A stretch of DNA of 64,000 bases from Bispira polyomma. Lineage: Eukaryota. Positions 23,325 to 36,558 of this stretch are shown here, one piece after another (position 1 is the first letter of the stretch; every line of letters begins with the position of its first letter). The notes under the pieces were generated by a model. It searched no databases and was not told where the DNA came from. It saw nothing but the letters and a program-made list of their open reading frames with translations. Where the stretch lies: contig OZ287753.1 of the NCBI GenBank assembly GCA_965649765.1, positions 12,648,001 through 12,712,000 of the forward strand. The letters run 5' to 3'. The translations under genes and the position numbers were made by a program.

Positions 23325-25785
23325 AATAAATCACTATTTTAATTTCTTTAATGATTAGAAAAATAAAAGTGGATGGGCACAAACATCATTGAAACCTTAT
23401 TCATTTTAACCATTAATGTATTATGTGAAACACTAAACAGAAGGTTTCCCATGAAGAGGGCGGTGTTCAATGCGGCAAACAATTGAATTTTCCCATGTTA
23501 CTATTTGCAAGATTTTACTATCTTCTTTTGAAGCAGAAAGGTATTTAAACAGTTCCAATTTTACTTGAGTGGACATTCAAGTACTGTTAACGTTGAAATG
23601 TTGATGGTTCACCCTACAAGGAGAAGCATGGTTTACCTAGATATGAGTGTATTTTACAGTTGTCTGAATCAAAATATAATATCCGTCTTGTAGATTGGGC
23701 GATGGAAGTTGACATGTAGTTTGCAAAAGGTAAGCAACATGTCATCTAAGATTTGGGGTATGTTTAGAAAATGTAGTGATATCAGCCACTGAGAAACAAG
23801 AAGCTGGAACAGTTGACAATTGGCCTACAGATTCAATCCTGCTTTTGACACACTGGTAAAGCACAGTGAATAAAATTATAACTTTGTAAGTACTTAACCA
23901 TTTGTTATTATCGTGGCTCCTACAATTGACTGCACATTTTTAATTATTTTGATTGTGTAACCATTGTATAACTCTATATATCTGTAAGACTGACCTCAGA
24001 TAAAAATTGTTTAAATTTTAATGTCCGGGTCTCACAAAACTTGATGTGTGTTGTTGTTGTCTTTTTCCAATGGATTGATTACATCATTTATTATAACTGA
24101 CCATTATTTGAAAGTACAATAATTATTAGGACGTCATTATCCTCAATATCAAGAAGTTCTGTATTGTCTGTTTAACAATATTTTTAATAACATGAATAAA
24201 AGGAAAATAACATATATATTCGAATGAGAATTAAATATTTTGAACTTAGATTAACTTTTAATCTAAATTTCCAATAGGCATTTGCAATTCCGACAAGAGA
24301 ATATCTGCATGATTACTTAAATTAACGTGTTTGACTAAGCATTTCTTAAGCTTATTTAAACTTAAGGTTGTGTGAAATAAGCTAAAACCTTTATGTAGCC
24401 ATGTAGAATATTCTTCATATCTTAATTGTATGTATTGTCAAAATCCAGTTTAAAGTGATAACAGAATGCACTCCTTTATGATGGGGCAACTAAAAATACA
24501 GTTATTCTAAAATCTAAAACTGCTACTGTTGATAAAATAATTAAACTGGTACAAATTACAAATGTACAAAACCATGTTCATCTGATGTTATTTGCACCTG
24601 TGCTAAATTTCAGCTGTACTGTAACATTGTCTTTGCAACACTTAGGTCAGCTGCAAACCATATACTTTAGATAACTTTCTTGAAAGGCAATATCACTAGA
24701 TGGAAACGTTTAAAATCTACTATCAAACTGTATCCAATCTCGCCATTGTATAAGAGGTCATAGAAATACCAGTAGCATAACTGTTGGATGATTGCCAGAG
24801 TTGGAAGATACTGCTATAGTCCATTGGGTCAACTGTTATGAACATAAACTAACTCTGATGATTGTAGTGATCAATAGATAGTCATATAGTGAGAGAACTA
24901 AACAGTGTGTTGTACCACAAGAATTAGTCCTTCAACTTGACCTAAGCTCAGATTTCATTTCAAGTTTGCATCAGTACACAATGTCACTGCTGTACGAGGA
25001 ATTAAATGTCATTGTGAAAAGATGAAAGTCAAAATTAAACTAAGTATCAAGTCTACTATATAGATCTACAAGAGTGCTTTTTTATACAAGTGTAATGATG
25101 AAGCTGGACACTGATAACTATGGCATGCAGGTCTGTCTGAATGTCAGTTACAACCACAACTTTAAAATGTTAAACCCAATCTGATTGTAAACGTCTGAAT
25201 ATTTGACATTATAGATTTTCATAGATTTACTATGTACTCTGTACAAAGAAAATCAATGAAAAAATTCACTTGTATGTATCGAAAATTATTTTTATTTTTA
25301 AAAGTCTAACAATTGACTTCGTTATATAGTTAAGAGTTACTAAAGAACTGTTTTCAATTTTCTTTGAATAGTCTGCACAAATGCCTATAGCTTCAGATGG
25401 AAGGTGCACTGTATGCTTTTGTCCAAACACCTCTAAAATAGTAGATAGGGCACCAAAATCTGGATTGTTGCAGGAGGTTGTGCCCGTAATTTGTAGTATT
25501 AATATAATTAGTCATCTTAATTCTATAATGTTTTGGAAATCAGTATTTCAATATATCTTCAACCTGTGATAAATGCACTGTGCATTAATCACATCTACTA
25601 TAATTTATCTATACAAAGTATCAATAATGTATACATTAGTATAATAAAAAAATACTGTGTACGTAAAAATGTGCGTTGGAAGTTAATTTATAAAATTGCC
25701 TTTTTGTGTCTGCATAGATTAAAAAATACCACTGTACCTCACTAAATAAACCTCAGTGTGCAGGTGTAAATTTTTACTGTTTTAA

Positions 25786-26665
25786 GGGTTTAGTGACGTA
25801 AACACATAAAGCGATCGCCGATAATCACGTTATTTGTGCTGGAGCTTCTCTGAAACTGCACAACTTTTATTTTGTTGCCTTAAACTCGATTTATAAATAA
25901 CATATTTACATTTTTATGAGTAGAAATATTAAAGAATGACATCTATTTTAATTATATGCTAATTTATATATTTTACATGTCCTTTTGATATATATATATT
26001 GGGACACATAATACAGTGGCAGTGTGTAAAATGTTAACTAAAATGGGTAATATTTTCAAAGTACATGCTTCACAAACGTGACACAATTCATATATCAAGA
26101 AGGAATCAATACTGAAGTATTGTATCATGAGAAGAAAAAGGAAAACATTAGCATTATTTTGAATGAAATCGTTTTTCCAAAAAAGCACAAAAACACTGAA
26201 AATTTTAGAAAAACATTTAAGTTACACACTTCAAAACAGAAATATGTTTTGTATTCTTTGTTTACATAAAATAGGGAAACGTATTTAAAAATGTAATTTA
26301 TTCAAAATAAAATACATGTTTTCTACAGTTGTATAGCGTATAAAATGTCTTTATATATGCTGGATCAATACTCGTATTATGTCACAATAGAAAGGGCTCT
26401 CTCTGGGATTTGTTTACAAATATGACGTTCTACATAGATTTTCAAATTGTGTGACGTCACAACACAAGGATTGTTATATGGGTGTTTTGACAGTTTCGTA
26501 ACAAAGTATTACCCTTTTAAATAGTTTGGACATATAAAAATGGGTAAAAACCCTACTAAAGTGTACTTTTGAAGTCCTCATAGTTGTTATACAGACTAGA
26601 AATGATTCTCGTAAAAATAGCATGCTTTATGCCCGACCCGTTTATGTGTTTACGTTACTAAAGCC
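25786..26665. mobile_element. Non-autonomous DNA transposon (MITE) with TTAA TSD, Kolobok-like
   Basis: TTAA at 25782-25785 and 26666-26669; TIR GGGTTTAGTGACGTAAACACATAAA vs reverse complement GGCTTTAGTAACGTAAACACATAAA; no ORF. Confidence 0.85.
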
Positions 26666-26991
26666 TTAATCAAAAACTACAATATGTGTGGAGCCAGCAG
26701 AATAAATACTCAAAAGTAGGTTAATTGACTTATATAGAAGTAAATACTATAGTATTTGGGATTCTTCCTTCTGATCATGTTATTTTGGACTGATGGCGTT
26801 CATAATTTGACCACCTAAAGAAGCCTTGATCACCTTAATGTGAAGTCAATTTGAGCTAACCTTAAGTATTCCTAAGCTATAGAAATAAGTTTAGTGTCAT
26901 CTAACAAAGACTAATGTGTTATAGTAGCGCTAACTTGTGACAACAAATGTATAGTGTGTGTACCCAAACAAACATGTTTTAAATAAATGTT

Positions 26992-26994
<3 letters not shown>

Positions 26995-27025
<31 letters not shown>
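26995..27025. repeat. (TA)n microsatellite
   Basis: Seen directly. Confidence 0.9.
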
Positions 27026-27028
<3 letters not shown>

Positions 27029-27259
27029 TCTTTTCATATGCCTCCGCCTTACCTTATAACTGGGGTAATATATTGAAGTGAATTGTGGTCTTACTTGTCC
27101 ATAGGTTGTTTACACTTCAGCTTCATATATGGTTCTGCTTAAATCTCCCTCTCTTTTTTCCCCAAGTCTCGTCACCCCTGTTTGCAAACAACCCCAATCT
27201 CGCCGAAATCTCACGAAGTGCGAGACTTCACGCAAGATTGCCGATCGCGGCTCACTACA

Positions 27260-27273
27260 TTCCTCCATCTTCT
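27260..27273 (-). promoter_or_regulatory. Polypurine tract AGAAGATGGAGGAA
   Basis: Abuts the 3' LTR start TGTAGT. Confidence 0.8.
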
Positions 27274-27299
27274 ATGAAAGGTTTGTTGTCTATCCTTCA

Positions 27300-28312
27300 A
27301 GGTGAGGTAAGGTAGTGGATCCTATGAGGAGCAGCTGTAATCTCTATTTGATTAATTATCCTATGGGGAAGGGTTTTTAAATAAACTCATTACAGCTCAT
27401 GCTAAAGCTTAATTAGTCATTGGGCCATAATTTCAAGCAATGCAGTATAGTCTGATTCACAGAGGTTATTCTCCAATTTATTTTCAAAATCCAATACAAG
27501 TGAACAATAGGTTCCTTCATACACTAAAATATTACACTTTTGTCTGCCAGCTTCCCGAAAACCCAACGCATGGGATTATGGCTAAGTCTAGGGAAAGCTA
27601 GACAGTTTTTAGCTGATGCTCACAGAACTAGATCTAATGAGCTTTGTACAGGTTTCCAGAAAACATTTCTTATTTAGCGTTCCTCGCTTCCCGGGACACT
27701 TGCGTTGGAAACCTATTCCTTTCAGCACATTGTGACTGATGGCGAGGTATTTTTGATAAAGGCTTCCACACACTGGAGTTGTATGTGGTCTGTGGTTTCC
27801 TATGCAGCTCGTTAGATTCTCAGTTCCCGTATCCAACACGATTAACAAATAGCTTAGTACTCGCCAATGGATTAATGATGCGGCACAATTTGGTGGGCTA
27901 ACTGTTGGACAAGATGGTAGGTCATTTCCAGAAATCCAATATTGGAAATCCTTTATCAGAGCAAGATCTTCATCAGATATGGCACATTTGGTTTTGGGAA
28001 ACAATCTTCTTCTCAGCACTACTTACAAGAGTCTAAAGAAATGTACCTTTATTTCCTTCCTTATCAAGCCCTGCCTTTACCTTTCTTGGGACATGAGAGG
28101 TATAAACATCAAGCACAATAAAAGACAATGCCAACGCATCTTCCCTATTGCAATATTTGCCAAATTCATACTCCATAATATCCCATCGATGGAAGTCCTC
28201 TACAAGAGAGCGCTATGTCTGCTAATTTCAAATCATCCTCTCCTAAATAGTCACAGAAAGCCATCCTTATTTCCTCCTCAAATTTATCCCAGTCTACCGA
28301 TACATGTTCCAT
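27300..28312 (-). pseudogene. Disrupted accessory ORF of unknown function inside the LTR element
   Basis: ATG at about 28312 (MEHVSVDWDKFEEEIRMAFCDYLG...), frameshifted continuation and ORF 27609-28019; no gag/pol motifs recognised. Confidence 0.45.
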
Positions 28313-30105
28313 TTTAAACTAAAAGATTAAAGTATGTTTACTGAATCTGTGAAGAGATAATTCAACAAGATAACTTGCTAACTGTAATTATACCCACTTA
28401 TTTCAAGGTTATTATACCTCGTTTAACTAGTCAAGAATAACCCAAGTTAGATGTAGTAACTTAGCTAACTTACTCAAATTACTGAGTCATGCGCAACCCT
28501 TACAAAGTTATGCTAATAGCAAATCGTTCAAAAAAGTCACAAGTAACCTATTAAACCAATCACAAAGTTGTGACTTTGCTCCAGTTAAACTTCACAGTAC
28601 ACTTAGTATTGTTCACGACTCACTGTCAGTCTTGATTAGCTGTTGTTAATTATATGCTATTTAACACAAAAGTTCACCAGATATCTTAAATTGATAGCAA
28701 TGTTTTTATTTTAATAATAATTTTCCCAGTAAGAGTATATACTTTCAAGATTATTCCAGTCTGCAACTTTTCTTCTGTTATTTCCAAAAAGAAACCAAGT
28801 AGATATGTAACAGCTCTCAACAAGATCAGATTCACTAGAATGGCCAAAGTATTATCCAGGAATTTTCAAGTAAGACCAATTTTTACCACAAGATATAAGA
28901 TATAAACTCAACACCACAAAACACAATACTAATTCTTCCACCTACAATTCCATCTGGTTTAATCTAAGCAAACTGAAACTGAAAATACAATTGCGAGTCT
29001 AGACAATAACCTCTTCTAATTTGATAAAGAGTTATCTTAATTCAAAAACCTTCTACAGAATATGTCTGAAATCCTTGGCACAACTTTACAATCAACAGAT
29101 GTATATGTCTATAAGGTAATGGACACTGCCACTCCTATAACTATATTTATTTTATTTTTGTTTTCTCCCATAAATATAGCTAAATAAATAAACACCCTAA
29201 ACCAGTACAATTTATTTTATCGGAGCTTACGACAAACACCCTGGTTTATAATTTTGTACCAATACCCTAGATAGGTGCAAACCAATATTTGAGATATGGG
29301 TACACACAGATTTAGATACTGTGTATACGCTACAGCCAAATTATTTCACTAAGCAATAATGGAAAACAGTACCATAAAAACATCAGCAGATTATCGCACC
29401 GAATGAACAGTACAAGCGTCAATGTATTAATGTTATGGTAACAGTACAATGGGTTCCAATAGTTACTACAAACAGAAGGGATGACGCCTCCTATTTTTAA
29501 CTGTATATTTTACTGTCTGTCGCCACTAATTTCATTAATGTACCGTTTTATTAAATAGTATACTTCACCAACTGGGCTATGGTACCAAATAATCTATTTT
29601 CATTCACTGGTACTTCACCGCCAAGCACATTTGATATTGTAATATCTATTTGTAGACAAGATAAAGGATTAATTACCATCTGCTGTGAGTTCACTTTATT
29701 TGTTCATTAAATTCCAATCACAAGAAAGAGGAATGTATTACACCCCTTTCTGCTTAGGTATTTATAATAGTCCATTTTACAGCAGTCAAAAGTTTCAACT
29801 AAATCTCCTGACTAATCACAAATAATATAAATAATATTCCAAAAATACTATATATAAATTATATGTATTCAGTATACGGTATGTGAAGTAAAGGCACAGT
29901 AGCACAATAGATTGGAAGTACCACTGTCAGTACACAGAATACAAATATGTGCTGTTCACGCTTCACTGCACACAGCAATACACAACAATATTGAACAATA
30001 TTAAATAGAGTATAAAATTCACAGTTATACCAAAACTGTGGAAAGAAAAATATTTTCTCCTTTATTTTAGTTGGAACCACCAGATACCTGTGGAGTATAA
30101 GTAAT

Positions 30106-30123
30106 ATCCCACTTCTGGTACCA
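30106..30123 (-). promoter_or_regulatory. Primer-binding site TGGTACCAGAAGTGGGAT, complementary to a tRNA-Leu 3' end
   Basis: 1 nt from the 5' LTR; the + strand reads ATCCCACTTCTGGTACCA, the form of animal tRNA-Leu(UAA) 3' ends. Confidence 0.85.
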
Positions 30124-30310
30124 ATGAAGTGAAGAGTGGTCTTACTTGTCCATAGGTTGTTTACACTTCAGCTTCATATATGGTTCTGTTTAAATCTCCC
30201 TTTCTTTTTTCCCCAAGTCTCGCCACTCCCGTTTGTAAACAACCCTATTTTCGCCGAGCTCTCGCGAAGTACGAGACTTCGCGCGAGATTGCCGATCACT
30301 GCTCACTACA

Positions 30311-30640
30311 ATATTAATGAATAAAGTTAGAAAACCAGATTGGAAAATCTTCCTTGAAGATCGGATGCTTACATGTACGATAAAAAAATCTATTCAAATT
30401 TGTACACCATACAATCTTATCTGTGGTACAATTCACATATGTGCAAAACTACATTTTTCCAAGAGTGGTTTAGTAATGGAATATATTTGGTAGGAGATAT
30501 AATGAATTATGATGAGGATATATTAAGTAAAGAAGAAATGAAATTAAAATACAACCGTCAAATTAATATTTTTGATTATTTAACAAATAATGTGAGTGTC
30601 AAACCAAAATATAAAAGAAGGGTCCACTGTTTTATGTAAT
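30311..30640 (+). mobile_element. Tx1/L1-like LINE ORF2 C-terminal fragment, the apparent target of the LTR insertion
   Basis: YLWYNSHM...FFQEWFSNGIYLVGDIMN...EEMKLKYN..NIFDY; the frame rejoins across the ATAT TSD with about 27040-27073. Confidence 0.6.
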
Positions 30641-30779
30641 CTGATCTTATCTAACCTTTATAGCACTTAATCTCAGCCACATGAGACAAAAAAAAATCAT
30701 ATTTATAACTTCATATAGCTATTGGACATACAGTTGTCCATATTAAAGCCGGAAATGGTAAGGTAGGATCAGGTGAAAA

Positions 30780-31570
30780 ATCCTAGCTAAATAAGTAGGT
30801 TTTGAGCTTGTTTCTAAAACAAGTTAGTAAGGAGGCAGTAAAAATATCATGAGTGGATCATTCCACAGCTTAGGAGCATCATATAAAAAGCTATTGTTGA
30901 AAGACCTGTTTGAATTATGAAATGATGGTACAAAGGTAGATCGGGCCCACTACGTCCTGTATACAGTTGACATGTATATGGAGATAAATAAGGACTGAAA
31001 TATTGAGGGAGACCTGAATTAGGATATGTATAGATTAAAGTAGCAGTTTTAAACGGTGCCCTATATTCATATAAGGGAACCAGAAGAGGGTTTTTAAAAC
31101 ATAAATAATGTGAGTAAACTTGGACTTTCTCATTACTATCTGACCCAAACTGTTTTGAACATACTGCAACTTGTGCAGCTTAGTTGTGACCAGACAAAAA
31201 GAGAGTTACAGTCATTCAGACAACCTGCTAACCAGCGCATTTACCACCATTGTTGCAGGTACCACCTGACTCTTTCAACTGGATAAAACAATCCCTAGAA
31301 ACTGATTCAACATATTTAGCAAATGATAAATCAGGGTCGAAAGTAATTCCCAGGTTTCTTGCAGTATCAGCAGGGTGTAAAATGTTTTCCAAAATAGTTA
31401 CTGGAAAATGATTAGCCAAACTCCCACATTGTGACTTGGAGCCAAACAGATTCTGTTTTTTCCGGGTTAAGTTTCAACACAGTGTCACCCACTTGTGGTC
31501 GTTATTAAGGCAGCTTTTTTAGTTGTTAAATGCAGAAGTTACATTTCTATTTAATAAATGAACATACACT
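30780..31570 (-). mobile_element. L2-like LINE 3' fragment
   Basis: ARNLGITFDPDLSF, LNPEKTE, FKTATLIY, and SFLYDAPKLWN motifs. Confidence 0.75.
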
Positions 31571-32202
31571 TGTGAATATGTGGAATGAATGTATATATGT
31601 AAAATAGCATGATATATATACTTAAGCAACTTACATAGTTGTGCATATTTATGTACTTATTATTATATATTCTTATATTTCTTTTGTTATATGGACCATC
31701 ATGTTTATCTGAAATAAAGTTATTCCGTCAATCAAACACACTTGTGTATCATTAGCATAGAAATTATGTGTAGTGTATTAGGAAAAAAACAAGCCTCATT
31801 GCTGAGCCCTGAGGAATACCAAACTCTAACTGCTTGGAATCTCGATTGGACAGTGGCTTGGAAACCAAACCATGATGACAAACATCCAAGTAGTATGCTG
31901 GGATCACCTGAGTCAAAAGCAGCACCAGTGAGATGGGTTCAACTTTGGGTAAGGAAATGTGTCTTTCATTTTTATAAACAATAAAGCTGTACGACCACTT
32001 TTAAAAAAGTCCTTTCTTGTTCCGCCTTCTGTCCATCACACAATACCTCTAAACCAATCAGCTTAGGACACATGGTCAAACTGTGTATTAGGCCCCACAC
32101 TTGGGTGCCACATTGAAAAAAGTTTTAGACATTATTAATGATTTATACATATATGTGTCTTGATTTTAGTGTAACTTTGTTTTTATAATTAATACACACA
32201 CT

Positions 32203-34520
32203 ATGGGACGTGCAAAGAAGACACCCGGCAGTGTACCACAGTTCAAAAGAAAGACAGCTACAAAGAAAGTGAACAGGTATCATGGTCAGGTATCATTATC
32301 CGACTCTGTCGCACGTAATTTGCAAGTTCCTTAATCTGAAGCTACCCCGAATTATTCTATGTCAGCCGGATCTGAGGGACTATCTGAAGTCATGAGCATT
32401 TTGCGCAGGCTGGAAGCTGCCAACACCTCTATTAATAGACATTTAGACCAAGTTGAAGCTAAGGCCACATCTTCAATGAGTGCTTTGCATAACGGCCCCG
32501 CGTTTGCTACTACCTCGGCTCAGGCCTCACCATTACTACAGCCAGCAGATCCCCTACCACAGGCTGCGGCGATGCACACCTCTCATCAAGAATTTCAACG
32601 GAATGGCATAGTACCTAAACTAGACGTGCTAAAGTCGATGGCTGATGTGAATACAGCTGTTAACCAAAAATTGGCCGCCTATGACGCCAGACTTACCCAC
32701 TACCTTTCACAAGGTAAGCACCTATCCAGGCATAGATCCGGGCGATTTAATACAACAGACATATGCATCACTGAGCCACAGCGTCGTTGGCCCAATTAAG
32801 GATGTGTAAAAAAACGTCCTGCTTATGATGAGCTTTCTCTTTCCCAGTAGATGTCGGGTCAGTTATTCAACATTTCACAGATTTCTGATATCACGCTTAT
32901 GAAGCAAATGATCATGCAGGTCACATACTCACTGAGAGATGCGACATCTCTTCCTTGGCCCACAGTTACATCTACAAGGGCCCACAATTTGCAGGAGACT
33001 GAGAAGAACTGGATGGAGTGGGCAGACTCAACTCAGTGGGACATTAACAGGCTTAACATGTCACAGAGGGCGCTAGTTGCACAGAGTACTCAGAAACCAA
33101 AAGTCACCTGCAAATATTTTAACGTTGGATCGTGAAGTCACGACAGTGACCACGGCCAGTACCGTCATATTTGTTCTCATTGCTTTAAGCATCTCAACAA
33201 GGAGAGTAATCATCCAGAATTTAAGTGTGTGAAGGCTAACAGTGCTAAGGCCACAAGTTAGGGATGTGGTCGACTACCTGGACCACTGCCAAACACTTAT
33301 GTTGACTGTAGTTATAAAAAGTATAAGGTTGTTAACAGTAATTAGAAGTTTAGAAGAGACGATAGTATTAGTAGTGCTTACAAAATTGACTATAATTTAG
33401 AACTAAGTACTTTTGATAATTTAAATGAAAATATTATTCCCAAACATACAGACGATAAATGTAACAATGTGCATAATGTATTTGAGGAATCTGTTGATGT
33501 CATCAATCAACAGCTGGGCAGTGTTGCCTATGGTAGTGACTCTGGCATTAATACCAACACCACAGACCTTTATTATAGTGATCAAGGGGAAACTAGTAAC
33601 ACAGGGATGGGGAAAAATCATATAGGAGCTGATAGTTTTCAGAAAGAAAATATGGTTCATAATGGGCTCATAGAAGTTCCGAACTTTAGTTGTGTTTGTC
33701 GTGTGTCGGTGTTGGAACCACCTAGTTGCTTGATAAAAACCACTTATTATCCCATGGTACATTTGTACATTGAAGCTTCTGAAGCCATGTCGGGTTTTTA
33801 CTATGAATACCTTGATGGATATAATAATAATGTTCGCAGATATTCAGCTGTAGGGCAAATGCCCACTTTTCCAATAAACATTATGTACACATATAATACT
33901 TGGGTTGCTATAGATATGAACACAAACAAAATTGGTGGTTATAGCACTGACCAGTTGGAGGAAGCCAACTTAGTTTGGTCTAATCACAGTAAAGACATGA
34001 CATGCTTCAATGAGCACGGATGTGATTATACAGAACACATCTGCAACATAATTGATAAGCTTACAACTGTCAATTGTTATAATGATGTACATGCAGAGCA
34101 TGTTGACAAGGGTGAGGTCACCACCAATAAGGTGACCAAGGCTAGTATCACACATAGTCCTGTTTGTGGGTTAATGGATAATTCGGCCGACTTGTTTATT
34201 ACCGCACCCTCTTCTTCTGAAAACAATCAGATTAAGGACATTCATGATCACAATAAAACAACAGGTTTCATTAAACTTTCTGACACAAGTATTGAATTTG
34301 TGCGTCCTGACAAGGATTCGTTCCACATCAAATCTGTACAACACATCTGTGAAATTGCAGAGGTTATTAGGAATACAGGCATGCCAAATTATCAACAGAC
34401 TCATATACCAATCAAAGCGGATCTTAATATTCCAGCTTGGGAAAGAATTACTCGTGATCATACTGATAAATTGATTATACAATATATCAAGTATGGTTTT
34501 CCACTGTCTATTCAGGAACC
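32203..34520 (+). mobile_element. Second DIRS/Ngaro-type element, 5' half only (gag-like ORF with Cys/His fingers plus ORF2 truncated just before RT)
   Basis: RWPN*G...KRPAYDELSLSQ, DATSLPWP, CKYFN.G..H...H.C..C; ORF 33469-34530 ends in GMPNY...IPI..LNIPAWE....D...IQYIKYGFPL, the pre-RT motif of these elements. Confidence 0.8.
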
Positions 34521-35066
34521 TAGTTTATGAACGGAACCAGTCTGCTTCTTTGAAATGAGATGAACAATATGTTATGGACATCATCACTCACATTCATAGT
34601 AACATGACCAATCCGTTTGATGAGTCTACATCCAAACTCTATAATTATCAATTTATCCACTGGACTGCATGCTACATATGATTTTATGATTTCTTTAAAA
34701 GACACAGTTGCAAAGGAAAATGGAAGCTTTAAGAATTTTTCATAAGTGGCTATCAAATGATGACAATATAAGCTTTTATAAGACAATACACAAGTCTGGA
34801 ATCAAAATATGCAGTCACATGATAAACTCTTGCAGTAAAGAAAGACTTTCTTTGACCATTGGAGCCATATGAAGTCTTCTTGTCACCACTACCATATTTT
34901 ATAGGGTTTGGTACTTTCATGGTATTCAATTTAATTCACGTAAAGATATATAGCTAACACATTATGGTTGTGAGCCAAGTAGAAGAACTAGTGTCCTAGA
35001 CTTGTAAGCCGTAAGGTAAAGCTTTTATGGCAAATATGATTATTAAATCAATTTGATCACACAGCA

Positions 35067-35319
35067 GGGGGCCGCGGTGGCCTAGTGATTAACAAGCATT
35101 GCGCTTCACAATCACTGGTCTCTGACCTCTGGGGAAGCTCGAATCCTGTCGATGCCTATGTGGGAAAGGTGGTAGTTCCTCACTGTGGGTCGCTGGTTTC
35201 AGTGCAGAACCTTGACCGACTGTATGCAATGTTTCCTCCAGCATTTCCAACTACCCATCCTAATATAACCTACTAAAAGATACTAGAGTGGACTTTAAAT
35301 ATCCAAATTCAAATTCAAA
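35067..35319 (+). mobile_element. tRNA-derived SINE, full length, subfamily b
   Basis: A box and degenerate B box; (AAATTC)n tail; 14-bp TSD TTGATCACACAGCA at 35053-35066 and 35320-35333. Confidence 0.92.
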
Positions 35320-35891
35320 TTGATCACACAGCAAAGCAAAAAATGCTATTAAGTATTGACTACCCATGTAAATATGTGTACAAAAAAAGGGTAGTACAGT
35401 AATCACTAACAAAACGAACTGAATGTAGATTTTTTATTTTACTGTCAAGCAGATTAGTGAATTTTTTTTTTTTTTTTTTTGATTCACACTCAAACAATCA
35501 ATACGGGACTACAATAGTTTTTGTTTACTGCTGCCTACAATCTATTTCTTGGCACCTTGCATAACTATCAAAACTTTTGTCATTCGGGTTGTAATTGATT
35601 GCTTCCAGGGTCGTACAAGTTGTGCATACCATAACGCAGTGTAATCTGATTCATTAAAACCATGCCTCAATATCTATTCAAACCTAAGGGGAACAATAAT
35701 AATATGCTTCAATAGTACTTAAATTATTCAGTTACTGCTGGAGTCAGTGGATATAGAAAATAATTATTTACAGCTGAAAGCACCCGGCTTTAGTGTATAG
35801 CATTACAATGTTTACAATACTTTGTGTGGCAATGTACTCCACTGATACTAAGTAACACATTATCATTGTGAGAGTAAGTATTAGTGATATG

Positions 35892-36558
35892 TAGCTGTTC
35901 CACTGTCAAGATAGATTCGGAGCAGTCCCGATTTTGGGCACCCCAGACGTAATCCTGTCGCTCTACCAATTGATCATGATGATCTGGACAGTCAGGGTCG
36001 TAATCCTTGTAATCCGGGGATCAAATAACATGATCTGAACATCTTCAGAAAATGGGTCTTTGGGCCCGGATATTCGGGAGTAGCCCTGAGTAAACCTAAT
36101 GCCACCTCAGTTGATCTGGGTGTATTTCCCCCCCATCCCCTTAAAACAACAAAATAGAATCCTCATTGTTGTAAAGATCAACCTGGGTGGCTTTCCCAAC
36201 TGTTAAGATCAACTGTGGTGGTTCTCCTGATTGTTAAGATCAACTAGGTGGCTTCCCTAATTGTAAAGATGTTCTTTGGGGGAAAACATTTTACTGTCTG
36301 GAACATAAAAAAACTTTTTTACCCAAAACCCTAGACAAACAGAGGAGATCAGTCAAACAGGGTGTCACCCAGACTGATCTTTACAATTGGAGAGGGGGGA
36401 TTCCCTGGGGCCCGGTTATCGTAGTTGAATAGTTGGGTCCCTAAAGATCAGCTGGGGTGAAACGCTGGATTATTGTGGGCATTTTTAAATATTTTAAGTA
36501 TTTCTTGTCCTGGATCATAATCTGCCTTTCACGTCAGGATCTTGACAGTGGAACAGGG
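35892..36558. mobile_element. MITE with 18-bp inverted repeat CTGTTCCACTGTCAAGAT
   Basis: Inverted repeat at 35895-35912 and 36539-36556; internal AAGATCAAC repeats. Confidence 0.7.

Larger units (their letters stand above)
27074..30310 (-). mobile_element. Non-autonomous LTR retrotransposon (Gypsy-like), 3.2 kb, two 186-bp LTRs
   Basis: LTRs 30125-30310 and 27074-27259 (TGTAGT...CTTCA on minus); 4-bp TSD ATAT; PBS and PPT in canonical positions; no recognisable gag or pol. Confidence 0.92.

Noticed and set aside
27085-30324. Duplicated small ORFs MVLLVHRLFTLQ... (and those at 10560/52114, 35085/62154)
   Set aside because: They are translations of LTRs, SINEs or duplicated non-coding DNA.
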